Assembly: GCF_000143415.4 (NCBI RefSeq)
Contig: NW_003314261.1
Coordinates: 6,413,729-6,477,728 of the forward strand
Source: Selaginella moellendorffii
Taxonomy: Eukaryota; Plantae; Lycopodiophyta
DNA length: 64,000 nucleotides
Direction of reading: 5' to 3'
The notes below the pieces were generated by a model, which was not told the origin of the DNA, did no database searches, and worked only from the letters and a program-made list of their open reading frames with translations. Every line of letters begins with the position of its first letter. The stretch's first letter is position 1. This document shows positions 45,501 to 58,100 of this stretch, piece after piece. A program made the position numbers and the translations under genes.

Positions 45501-47596
45501 TGCACGTAAAATCTTGATCTCCTTTGGTGACCGATGACAAACAGGAACCTTGATTGGACGAGCATCCTCAGTTGGAATCGGATGACGTGTAGCAATCTTG
45601 GCTCCAGATGATAGGTCAAAGTCAAAGAGACCAGAATACTCCTTCATGAACCAGTCAACTGCTGCAACACAAAGATCGTCGGAGGGATTGGAAAAGGGAA
45701 GAGCAGAACAAGATGGAAACACAGGAGGAAATAGTGGGGGAACAAAAGTAATGGAAGCAGAGGTAAAAGTAAAGGGACGAAGAGGTACGGAAGTGAGAGG
45801 AATGGATGAAAAATAAAGAAGTATGAGACAAAGGGGAGAAGCCTCAAAGTCACACTTGGCATGATTGCGCTGCAACCAATCCATACCAAGAATGAGGTCA
45901 AAAGCTTGACTTGGCACCACCCGCAATGACTGCAACTCAAGCTCGAGATCGCCCACACGCACAACTAGGTTTGCCTCATCCCATGCACATGCATGTGTAT
46001 GGCTGTTGCCATAAAGAATGAAAACTGGTTCAGCCGCACGACGCAAGTGTAGACGACAACATGTGGCAACAGGTCGAGCAATAGAAGATAAACTCGAACC
46101 TATATCAACCAACACGGAGAGAATAATAGGAGACCTCTTGTTATAAAGATGAGCTTGGAAAGTAAACACTAGATGAACTGGTGTCAAGTGAACCCCTTGA
46201 TGATACTCCCAAAAGAAAGATGGAGGGGTCACTGACTTATTCGCGCAAGGTCCCTCCGTTACTCGTGCGACTCCTTGTTTCCTGGATGCATCTCGGTGTC
46301 CAAACCTTCCATTGCAGCAGCACCAACGGGACGTTGTTGACGCCAAGGTCTCCACCCAGGAAATAGAGGTCGCCAATCCGGAAAGCGCCAACAACGCCGA
46401 TAAGTATGACCAACTTCATCACACGCCCAACAACGAACATCATGGCCACGACCACATCCTCGCCCTTGTCCTTGGACTCAAGTAGCAATAGCATCAACCT
46501 CCATTGGAACAAGACCATCACTCATAGGAAGTGGCGTGGAAGGACGTGCAGCGAGAAGTGGAAGAGGCGATGTCTCATAACGTTGTGCCAAGCGAAGAGC
46601 ATTGTCAAGGGTGGTAGGAGCAAGTGCATGCACAAGGCCGACAAGATCTTGACGAAGTGCTGGCCACAACATTCCTAGCTTGATCCGCTCCAATATATTG
46701 GGCTCCGCATGAAGCAAAAAACTTCGGAAACGAACGCGAAATTGCATCACCGACTCAGATGGCCCTTGGCGAAGATGATGCAATTGTTGGAAGGCATCGT
46801 CACAATCGTCGGCATGTTCGAAGGCGCATTTGAAGACATCTGGAAGAACACTCCAATCCTCACAAGTGGCCGCACTCAATCCATTGTACCACTGCAACGC
46901 CATCCCTTGGAGACACATGGGAAACTCACGTAAACGTCGAGCATCATCCCAAGAATGATATGTGGCAATCACCGTGAAGTGATCGAACCAATGGTACACA
47001 TCATCCCCAGGATTCCCACGAAAGAACTCCGGCCGAACGCGAGGATTGGCACCAAGAGCAGGAGGAGTTGGGCCACGTGCCGTGAATGCCACCATCAATT
47101 GAGTTTGGTTGTTCAATTGCAAGCGCATAGCATCAAGCAATTGGACCAACTACTGCTCTAGAGTCAAAGGAGGAGATTGTTGATCTGCTATGAAGACGGA
47201 CAAAGAAAGAGCAAAAGAAGAGAAACGACAAAAAATGAGAAGGAAATGGGAGATCTAGACAATGCAAAAAGCTAGATCTAAACCAAAATCCTGAAAGGGA
47301 AGAACAAAAGAAAAGAAATGGAAAAAGCTAGATCTAGACAATGCAAAAGCTAAATTTAAACCAAAATCCCAAATTCAAGCACTCCTCAGGGACAATCAAA
47401 AGTGCCCCTCATCTCCACCAATGTGAGTGTTTGGAATATGGAAAGGGAATATAGAAATGTGCATATCAATTAACCCAAAAACCCTAGCTTATATATAGGA
47501 GCGAGTGGTCCGGATTGAAACTAATCTGATGGCTACCAAAATCCCACTACGCTAATATTAGTATACGGCATTGTAGCCGTACACTTGGCCCTCACA
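42588..47596 (-). mobile_element. Near full-length (5.0 kb) Ty3/gypsy LTR retrotransposon with 175-bp LTRs, no chromodomain, inactivated by stops
   Basis: TG..CA LTRs 42588-42762 and 47422-47596; PPT 42763-42776; PBS 47405-47420. gag with CWACDEVGHTYRRC, then PR (LVDIGS), RT (FIDD), RNase H (DALSR) and IN (HHCC, DDE, GPY). Confidence 0.96.
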
Positions 47597-47712
47597 TATA
47601 GGACTTTTTCCACGGTCAACTGTTGGCAATGAATATGTTATTATTGCTTCTGACTATTTGACTGGTCGGGTGGAAGTTGGTGCTCTTGCTAGCACCTCTG
47701 CAACTGCTTTCA
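47597..47712 (+). mobile_element. Short inverted integrase fragment of the same gypsy family
   Basis: Translates FPRSTVGNEYVIIASDYLT..VEVGALAS; matches the reverse complement of ~43603-43712. Confidence 0.85.
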
Positions 47713-50008
47713 TTGTCCCTCACAATGAAATCGAAGTGGAGGCCAACTTTATTGTAATTAGCCCATAAAGCTATTATATAGGTTAGTATACAATTGGAGT
47801 ACATAATAAGTTAATCATTTTAAATATAAATATGAGTTTAAATGGACTTTATAATCTTTTTTCTTGGTAAAATAATTTCGTTTCCAATTAGACTAGCATA
47901 AAATATCATTATCAAAATTATTAATATTTATAATAATAAGGAGGATGCATATAACTATTAATATTGTACATTTTAAAGTTTTTGAAACCTTGAAATTAGT
48001 TTATTTTATCCCTTATCTAATCTCTTATCCCTTATCCCTTCCCTTATCCCCTTATCTAAATCTGCTATTTACATCTGGCATCTAGGTGTCATATATTCCT
48101 TTTTGAATATTATCTAGGAATATGATCTAATGGATTAAAGTTAAAAACTTTCAATATGCTAAAAAAGGGCGTTTCTGACTTTTGAAATGTTAGTGCTACA
48201 ATATCTTCATTAGGTCCAAATCCAAATGGGAAGGGAAATCTATGCCAAGTGTAATTAGCTTAGCTATTCTTGGAGAATGTGCTTCAAGTGCCCAAGCATC
48301 ATAGAAGTGCACTAGATCTTTAGAGGCATGGATTGTTATTAGTGCAATATTGGCTTCATGGACATCACTCATCTTTGGCTACATTGAGAGTGGTAAGAAA
48401 TATATGTATGAGCATTAAGGGATATTTATAATGCATTTGATTTGTAGTTGAACTCTAAGCCTATTACACTATAAAACAAGGGACTAGTGTGTACTTAAAA
48501 TCCTTTATGAGCACTGGTTCCCCATATCCAATCTTGCATGCAAAATAGTGTTAAATGGTGTTTAGCATAATTTTGGTATACTGGTGGTATAATGTGAGGG
48601 GGTGGGTATCCCACCGAGTAGAGCAGTATAAAACTTGCACTTAAGCATAAGCCAAATATAAAACAAGAAGAAACATAGCCAAACAAGAGTCAAACTAATA
48701 TTTCAAGTGGTCGGTCATGATTTCAACTATTATCCACTACCATTATTCCTAGTATATATTTGAAACTTTGAAACCCCTCATAGTGATTTTTTGAGGCAGG
48801 AGAGTGAGACCTTGAGCTCCTCGAGGCAGCCAGGAGCCATCTTGGTGGTGCGATGGAGATGGTGTCTTCTTTCTTCCTCAACATGGTCTTGTCCCTCGCA
48901 GTGAAATTGACGTGGAGGCCAACTTTATTGTAATAAGCCCACAAAGCTATTATATAGGTTAGTATAATACATACAATTGGAGTACATAATAAGTTAATCA
49001 TTTTAAATATAAATATGAGTTTAAATGGACTTTATAATCTTTTTTCTTGGTAAAATAATTTCGTTTCCAATTAGACTAGCATAAAATATCATTATCAAAA
49101 TTATTAATATTTATAATAATAATGGGCTCAAGATAAAGAGGATGCATATAACTATTAATATTATACATTTTAAAGTTTTTTAAACCTTGAAATTAGTTTA
49201 TTTTATTTTTAATATTAATATTATTTAATAAATACTTTTTCTATATTTTTCTATTTTTCATCACTATCATAATCATATCCCTTATCTAAATCTGCTATTT
49301 ACATCTGGCATCTAGATGTCATATATTCCTTTTTGAATATTATCTAGGATTATGATCTAATGGATTAAAGTTAAAAACTTTCAATATGCTAAAAAAGGGA
49401 GTTTCTGACTTTTGAAATGTTAGTGCTACAATATCTTCATTAGGTCCAAATCCAAATGGGAAGGGAAATCTATGCCAAGCTTAATTAGCTTAGCTATTCT
49501 TGGAGACTGTGCTCCAAGTGCCCAAGCATCATGGAAGTGCACTAGATCTTCAGAGGCATGGATTGTTGCCAGTGGAATATTGCTTCATGGACATCACTCA
49601 TCTTTAGCTACATTGAGAGTGGTAAGAAATATATGTATAAGCATTAAGGGATATTTATAATACACTTGACTTTTAGTTGAACTCTAAGCCTATTACACTA
49701 TAAAACAAGGGACTAGTGTATACTTAAAATCCTTTATGAGCACTAGTTCCCTATATCCAATCTTATGCAAAATAGTGTTAAATGGTGTTTAGCATAATTT
49801 TGGTATACCGGTGGTATAATGTAAGGGGGTGGGTATCCCACTTAGTAGAGCAATATAGAACTTGCACTTAAGCATAAGCCAAATATAAAACAAGAAGAAA
49901 CATAACCAAACAAAAGCCAAACTAATGTTTTAAGTGGTCGGCCATGATTTCAACTATTATTCACTACCATTATCCCTAGTATATATTTGAAACTTTGAAA
50001 CCCTTCAT
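47713..50008. repeat. Tandem duplication of an AT-rich ~1.1-1.2 kb unit, with a third partial copy at ~42357-42587
   Basis: 47713-48780 is collinear with ~48889-50008. The start of the unit (48785-49015) recurs just left of the LTR at 42588. Confidence 0.9.
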
Positions 50009-50366
50009 TGTATATCTAAAAGCACACTTTGAGTTTTCACCCTAGTCTTAGGAATTATTATCTAGGACAAGCTTTAAAATTTATTAAATATAGAATGATA
50101 CTAAATTGAGAACTGGGATGCGAGAGTAACACCATGGTGTTCATGATGTTCTTTACATTATGTAAATATGCTTATTAGTAGGTCTAAACATATATAATAA
50201 ATAACATATAGAACCAAAACAAGACTAATATATAAAGCATGATAGCAAAGGTTTACCTTCATCAAGTTTTCTCATCAAGTGGAGAGGTGGATGGTATATA
50301 TCTATAAATACATATATGTCTATATATGTATAGTATATAGACTACCTACTTAAGATTAAATTTGGT

Positions 50367-52143
50367 TGTGAGGTCCATGGTTATAATGTTGTATACTAAT
50401 ATTAACGTAATGGGATTTTAATACTTGTCTGATTGGTTTCAATTCAGACCACTCACTCCTGTATATAAGCTAAGGTTTTTGGGTTAATTGATATGCACAT
50501 TTCTATATTTCATTTTTATATTCTACACTTTAATAGGTGGAGATGAGGGACAATTTCAATTGAGGAGTGTTGGGATTTGGGATTTTGATTTAAATCTAAC
50601 TTTTGCATTGTTTAGATCTTTTTTTTCTTATAACTTGCCTCAACTTCTTCTTTTTTTCTCTTTCTTTTTCGTTCATTTTCATGGTAGAGCAATAACTTCC
50701 TTCTTTTTTGACTATATTGTATGTGATCATGAAATGAAATTTGGATATACTATCACTATAAATCCTTGGAACTTTGGGGGATAAATAAGGATAAAATAGC
50801 CACTAAGGGCTTTTTTATTAAGCAATTGCCCTTTTTCATGTTAGCTTAAGGGGAGAGAGATAGAGTGTATTATATTGACTCTAAAGCAGTAGCTAGAGCA
50901 ATTGTTTGAAGCTATATGCTTCCAATTGAACAATTAGACTCAGTTGATGGCAACATTCACGGCACATGATATAGCTCCTCTTGCTCTTATTGCAAATCCT
51001 TGCATTTGACCAGAGTTCTTTTATGGGAATCCTAGGGATGATGTGTACTATTGGTTTGATCACTTTATCGTGATTGCCACATATTATTGTTAGGATGATA
51101 CTTGGTGTTTGCATGAGTTTCTCATGTGTTTTCAAGGGACGGTGCTACAATGGTACAATGGTTTGCGTTGAACCACTTGTGTGGATTGGAGCATTCTCCA
51201 AATATCTTCAAATGTGTATTTGGAAATATTGATGATTGTGATGATGCCTTTCAACAATTGTTTTGTCTTTGTCAAGGGTCATTTGAGTTAGTGATGTAAT
51301 TTGGCATTCATTTCCAAAACTTCTTATTTTGTATGGAGCCAAATATGTGGGAGCGGATAAAATTAAGAATGTTATGGCTAGCACTTTATCAAGATCTTGT
51401 AGGCCTTATACATGCAATTGCTTTAGCCCCTTTTATGATGCTTTTTACTTGGCTTAATATTATGAGATGTTGCCTCTTCCACTTTTCATTACACGTCTTT
51501 CATCTCAACTTTCTGTGGGAAATAGTTCTGTTCCAATGAAGGTTGATGCTGCTACTACTTGAGTTCAAAGACAAAAGCAAGGATGTAATCGTGGCCATGA
51601 TGTCCATTACTGGGTATATGATGAAATTAATCACACTTATCAGCATTATTGGCATTTTCCGGAGTGGCAACTTCCATTTTCTAGGTGGAGACCTTAGCAT
51701 CAACAACATCCTATTGGTGCTATTGCAATAGGAGGTTTGGACACCAAAATACTTTCATGAAATGAGTAGTTGCGCAAGTAGCGAATGGTCCTTGTGCATA
51801 ACCCTTCTATCTTTCTTTTAAGAGTATCATTAAAGAGTTCACTCAACACTAATTCATTTAGTGTTTACTTTCCAAACTCATTTTTATAATAAAAGGTTTT
51901 TTATTATTCTCTCCATAAGTTTGAGTTTATCTTCTATTGCTTGGCCTATTGCCACACATTGCTATTTATATTTATGTTGTGCAGTAAAGTCAGTTTTCAT
52001 TCTTTATAGCAGCAGCCATACACATGCATATGTATGGGATGAGGTGGACCTAGTTATACATATGGGTGATCTTGAGCTTAAATTGTAGTCGTTGCAAGTG
52101 GTGTCAAATTGACCTCATCTTTATTATAGATTGGTTATGGCGC
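50367..52143 (+). mobile_element. Old copy of the short-LTR gypsy family (5' LTR, PBS, gag, protease), interrupted by a nested insertion and resuming at 62028-62250
   Basis: LTR-like 50367-~50533, PBS GGTGGAGATGAGGG, and degenerate gag/PR collinear with the 42588-47596 element. Confidence 0.85.
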
Positions 52144-55100
52144 TAAAGAGGTGTCGATACAAGAAGAAGAAGTGTATTGTGGTTGCCAAATGAAGAGGTG
52201 TCAATACTCCTTTTTGCTGGAAATCTATTATTAGTAAAAAAACAAAAGAGAAAAGGGCCCAATCTCCAAGGGTTGAGAAGAAGGATGAGTGAAAGAATGC
52301 TGTGAATTGATAAGAAAATGATGAATGGAGATAGGGATCCACAACTTGGATTCCCCCCTTTGAAAGGCTGGTGGTTCCAGCATATGCTATATGCTGGGCA
52401 TGATCTAATCTATGGCTCCAATGTAGCCTTGGGTTCAAGGTCGGAGTCCCTTGAGCTTGGTTTTGTTGATACACTTTGCTCCCCTGATAGAATTAGACAC
52501 TGTCCTTGGTGTGAACGTAGTCTATCTCCATTGCTTGTTGCTGCTGCTTCTCAATAGAGGTGACGTTTCTGTTGTGGGAGTGTAAGCTTGTGGTTGGGGA
52601 CATTGTCTGGTGGATCTGTCCCATCTTCCGGGAGGTTGGCTACCTCAGCCAAGAGGGCGGTGTGATCATCCTCAAGCTTTTGGTAGCGGGTGTTGAGCTC
52701 TTCATATTTGAATTTGTAGGTGAATTCATGAGTTGCTGATGGGGTTGATGGCTGCTTGGAGATGATCTTCCTAATGTCCCAGAGGTCGGTGTGGATCTAC
52801 TTCATCTCCTTGAGCTGAGTGTCTAGTCGGTGGTTTAAAGGCTCGTAGAACTCCTTCTTGACTGCTCCCCAGGTGTATATGAAGGAGTCTTGCTTGAGAA
52901 GATGTTGTGCGATGTCGGCTGGAGTTTATCCTCGTACTCCTTCCTGATCTCATCGTAATCACAACATACCTAACTCTGTAGCTGAGGCATGGCTGTTTCT
53001 CCTACTCCTGCACCGTGATCCTTGTGTTCCTCACTAGGGTTCGCTATGTTCTTGGTCTTGGAATTTGAAGTTGCTGGAGGCTTAATCTGCTTCATTGGAT
53101 GTGGGTGACGTGGTCGGGCCAGATTCTTTGAGGTGGTTGGAGAGGAGCTTTTCAGTTTGATGCTAGATGAACGGCCCAGGTGTGGTGCTGAAATTAATTT
53201 ATCTGTTGGCAAATTTTTTGCTTGGAATTTTGTTGAAGTGGCAGAAGTTTTGTTAATGCTGGTGGTGACATTTGCTGGAGGAGGCATGGTTCCCTTTTCT
53301 GCAAGTGATTGGCGAAGGCAGTTGATGTTTTCTTTTGTGGAACATGTCAAGGAGGTTAGGGTGGTGAGAATGTTGTTCTCAGCTGGTGGAGAAACTAAGT
53401 TCTGGGCAAGAATCTGACATTTTCCTTTGGCGATGTTGATGTGTTTGTGAGAAGTTGTTGGTTTTGGTGCTGATTTAAGTGGATTTGGGCTCTGGGGTGA
53501 GTGTGGAAACTGGTGTGAGTTGTCTTCATTGTCGCTGATGATGAGGTGCTCTCAGATCAGTGGTTTTGGAGCTGGATTCGATGGTGTTTTGCATGTGAGG
53601 CGGCAGCGAAGTGGAGTTGAACCGTTGGAGTGTTTGTTGCTGGTGTTGCTAGAGTGAGTTGAGCCTGATTGTTGAGATGCTGGCTTTGGTTTCTTGCTGG
53701 GAGTTGCTCCTTGTGATTCTGATTGTTCTTTGGAGCTGTCGCTTTGTTCTGCAGAGTTCGTTTGGGTTGTCCACGGTTGCTTGTTGGGAAGAGCTTGGTG
53801 TAGAGCTACCAGCAGTGGGAACATTACTGTCCACATGGTCTTTTTGTTGAGTGTGGCAAGGATGGCATGGTCAAGAAGCTTGAGAAGGAGCTCGTGGAGA
53901 TGATGAGCCAGTTCACACGTTTGCCATTGAGTAGAGCTCCGTAGACTTCTGCTGTGCACTTGCCGATGGTGTGATCTGTTGGGTGAAGTTTGTAGTAGAG
54001 GAGGAGGGCTTTGAGGCGATCCAAATGCTGCTCCTTGATGTCCTCCCATGTGAGCTCACCGGTAATCTCTTGATTGGCTTTGATGATTTGCTGTGGAACT
54101 TCTCCTAAGAATTTGAGCAGTCCCTTGTTGGAGATTTTAAAAACGGAGGTGATTCTTGCTGGATTGAGGGTGATCTCGTTGGTGCCGTCAGTTATGGTGC
54201 TGTTCTTGGGGTTGAAGGAGGTGTCACCAGTTTTTGGTGAGGGTGTGTTGAAAAGGCCTTGTGGAGGAGCTCGAATCCATGGTCCTTGAGCCAAGTGGTT
54301 GTGTCGTTGCTGGGAAGCCTACAAATATGGTGTATGACGTATCTGAGGCGCCGGGGTGGATGAGCTGGCATCTTTCTCTTCATTTTCTATGATTGAAGTG
54401 CTCACCCTGTTAGGGTTCTTGAGACCCGTAACTGTTGGTTGGCTGATCATGTGGCACTTGATTGCTGGTGATAAACGGTGGAGATTTGTTGACCAAATTG
54501 ATCTGGTTTGACTTGGCTTGATTGAAGATCAATGGTGGAGATTGCTGATGAAGTTAACTCAAGTTCAACTATTGATCTTTGCTGAGGTGGTGTTGATCCA
54601 ACGGTACCTTGGGACTTAGAGATTTTTGCTACTATTTGTTGCTGAAGTTGGTGGAAGAGTCAGTGTTGAGTCGAGTTGAGTTGTGTCAAACTGAGTTGAG
54701 TAAATTTTGTCTGCTGGGGTGATTGTCAATTGTTATTTTCGGGGTGTTTGTCAGTTCAGATCGGAAATTTGCTGAGGTGCTGATGCTAAACATGTTGACA
54801 TGATATGGTCAAAGCTTGTTGAGGTTGATGATCTCAGTGAAGTCTTCGGCGAGTGTGCTGACTTTGGCAGTGCCATTGGGGTAGAGTGTAATGATTTTGA
54901 AAGGTCCTTGCCAGTTGGTGTGGAGTTTTTGGCCAAGTTTGCCAATGGGTCCTCGGTACCAAAGAACATGATCATTGATGCTGTATTTCGGAATGTTGTG
55001 CCGGGATGCTTGTCAGTCATGTCGAGCTTTTCCTTATTTTTGGATGGCGTGAAGTGTCCAGAGGGTGTTGAGTTGAAGTTTGTTAAGACGTTCGAGTTGC

Positions 55101-58100
55101 TGAAGCCTTTCTCAAATTGTGTGTCGTGGTATCANNNNNNNNNNNNNNNNNNNNNNNNNNNNNNNNNNNNNNNNNNNNNNNNNNNNNNNNNNNNNNNNNN
55201 NNNNNNNNNNNNNNNNNNNNNNNNNNNNNNNNNNCACAAAGTCTTCTTTTGGTCGGATGTGATGTACTGATCTGGAACTTTTGCTGAGTTCAGGTAACTG
55301 AAGATGTCGTCGAGCCAGGTTGCCGGTATGGAAACTCGGAATAGGTTTGAGTCAGGTAAGTCGTTAGTGAGTCTTTCAGGTTTGGTGATCCGGCTGAGAT
55401 AGTCTGCTTGCTCGTGATTTTTGTTGGGTTTGTGGACGATCTCGAAGTTGTATTCTTGTAGTAAAAGGAACCATCTTGATATTCAACCAGATAGTATCGG
55501 CTTGTTGATGAGGTAAAGGAGTGCCTTGTGGTCAATGAAAAGGATGAATTTGGTTGACAGTATGTAGTGTCAGAACTTCTGAAGTGAGTAGATCATGCCA
55601 AGAGCTTCTTTCTCGGTGGTGGTGTAATTTTGTTCAGCTGGTTGAGTAGTTGGCTGGCATAGTAGATTGGTTGATCTCGGTTGTTGTGTTGAGTTTGGCT
55701 GAGAATTGTGCCAGTGGTGACGTTGGAAGTGTCAACATGAATGTGGAACTCTTGTATCCAGTCGGGCTTACCAAGGATTGGTGCTGTTGTGAGTTTGAGT
55801 CGGAGAGCGTCGAATGCTTGTTGCTGTTTGAACGTCCATGTCCATCGGGCATCTTGCTTCACTTTGCTGAGGAAGCGTCAAAGTTCTTTCTGATTCTTTG
55901 GCGGGTCAAGTTTGGAGATGATGTCGATTTTGTCCTTATCAATGAGAATGGTATCTTTGCAGACAACGTGGCCGAGAAGTACTCCAGATTTGACAAAGAA
56001 AGCGCATTTGTCTGGGTTGAGTGCTATGTTGTTTTCCTCACACTTGTCGAGGCATTCAAGATGTTGATCTTCCGAGCTTAAAATGCTAAAGTCATTCATG
56101 AATACTCTCATGAAATCGGTGAGGTAGTCTCGAAAAGTGTTGGTGACAAGCCTTTGGAAGGTGAATGGAGCATTGCAGAGTCCAAAAGGCATTTGTCAGT
56201 AAGCATAGGCTCCCCATGGACTGATGAATGCTGTCTTGTGCTGATCTTCTTCGGCGATGTGAATTTGGTTGTATCTGGAGAAACTGTCGAGGAAGGAGTA
56301 CATTTCATGTCTGGCAAATGCATCAAGAACTTCGTTGGTAAATGGTATCGGGAAGACATCTTTTTCGGTGGCGTCGTTGAGCTGTTTATAGTTGACACAG
56401 ATTCGAAGTTTTTCTTTAGTACAACCACTAGTGGGGAAAGCCAGATTGGATTCTGAATCGGGTAGATGTACTCAACTTGGAGAAGCTTGTCAAGTTCTTT
56501 CTTTACTTGTTCCATCAGATTCAGATTCATCCGGTAGGCTGCTTGTCTTCTTGGTTTTGAGTCTGGAAGAAGGGTGATGGTGTGAAGGTTGAGTGTTGGT
56601 GAAACTCCCTTAAGGTCTCGGTAACTCCAAGTGAACAAGTGTTTCTTCTTTCGAAGAAGTCTGATGCCTTTGTCTCGAAAACTTGCCGAGATGTCAGTGG
56701 CGAGTACAATGTTGTGTTCATTGCCGTCGTCAGCGAGGCTGACTTTTTGCAGTTTTTGGTCAGCTGGAATTGATGGAATGTAGGCGACTTTGTTGTGGTT
56801 GTCGACTGTGAATGCCAGTGGTGCTTCGAGTTTTGTATCTTGAGTGACTGGATTTTTCAGTGCTGATGTAATTGGTGGTCATTCTCGTTGGAAGTCGGCG
56901 ACGATTCGGAACAAGTCGATCTCGGCCAAAGGTTCAAGATCGAGGTAGGCTTTGAGGATTTGTTGTTCTTCATAGTCATTGAGGCCATCTTGAAGATTAT
57001 ATTCTTCCAAGTCAATAGGTCGGTTGTGGCTGGACAGCGATTTGTTCACTTTTGTCGACACAGTTGTCAGGCCATCCGATCCTCGAAGGATAAGATTGTT
57101 GTTGGGCCAGTCTTGATAAACTTGGGTAGTTCGGAGGTCGATCGAGGAGAATTGAATATCCATTGGTCTGCTCCGGTAGTTTGAGGATGACATAGTTGAC
57201 TGGTATTTTGATGCCTTGAATGGTGGTGTTCACTTTTCGGATGATGCCTTTGGGTTGAACAGATTGGTGGTTGGCCATTCGGATATTAAAAGGTGCCGGG
57301 TGGATTGGGCTGATGTTGAGTTGTTGAATAAGACTTTCTTCAATAATATTGACGCTGGAGCTGCCGTCAATTATGGCTCCGTGAACAAGGTGTTTGTTGA
57401 GTGGTAGATCGATTGTCGGAACATCATTGTTGCAATTGCCTGGTTGAATCTTGGTTCGAAATGTGTCAACAACTGTCCGTGTCAGGTTGAGTTTGGGCGA
57501 GTCTGTCGGAGTGTTGGTTAGTGCAAATGTCAGATCGGTGAGCTGTTTTGTGAGGTAGGGTGCAGTCTTCAGCAGTTGGCCAACAGTGATCTAAATATTT
57601 TGGTTGAGGATAGTCTTTGCTACTTCTTGGATTTCCTCAAAGTTTGCTGGATTGTGTTCAGGTGTCGGTGTCAATGTTGGATGATTTGTCTGTTGGTTTT
57701 CTGGTATTGAGTCTTGGCATTGTTGTCAAGCTAGTGATGGTTGAGCTTCATTGTTGGAGCCTAAAATCACTAACTCAGGTGGTTGTAGAGCAAGTTGCCA
57801 TTGTATCTTGGCGGCTAACTTCTGCTTCTTTTTCCATTCCCAGAGTTTTGTTGGGCTCCCCTGGCCCTTCTCTTCACGATCTCCGGAAATGTTGTCCAAT
57901 TGTTGTTGTTTTTCTGCTCAAATTTGTGCTCAGGTTTGTACTGCCATGACTTGAGGATCAGAGTCATCATTGTCGGCATAAGGTAGTTTGTNNNNNNNNN
58001 NNNNNNNNNNNNNNNNNNNNNNNNNNNNNNNNNNNNNNNNNNNNNNNNNNNNNNNNNNNNNNNNNNNNNNNNNNNNNNNNNNNNNNNNNNNNNNNNNNNN

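Noticed and set aside
50708-50880. ~165-bp insert flanked by TTGACT direct repeats
   Set aside because: Possible small TE, but no convincing terminal structure.
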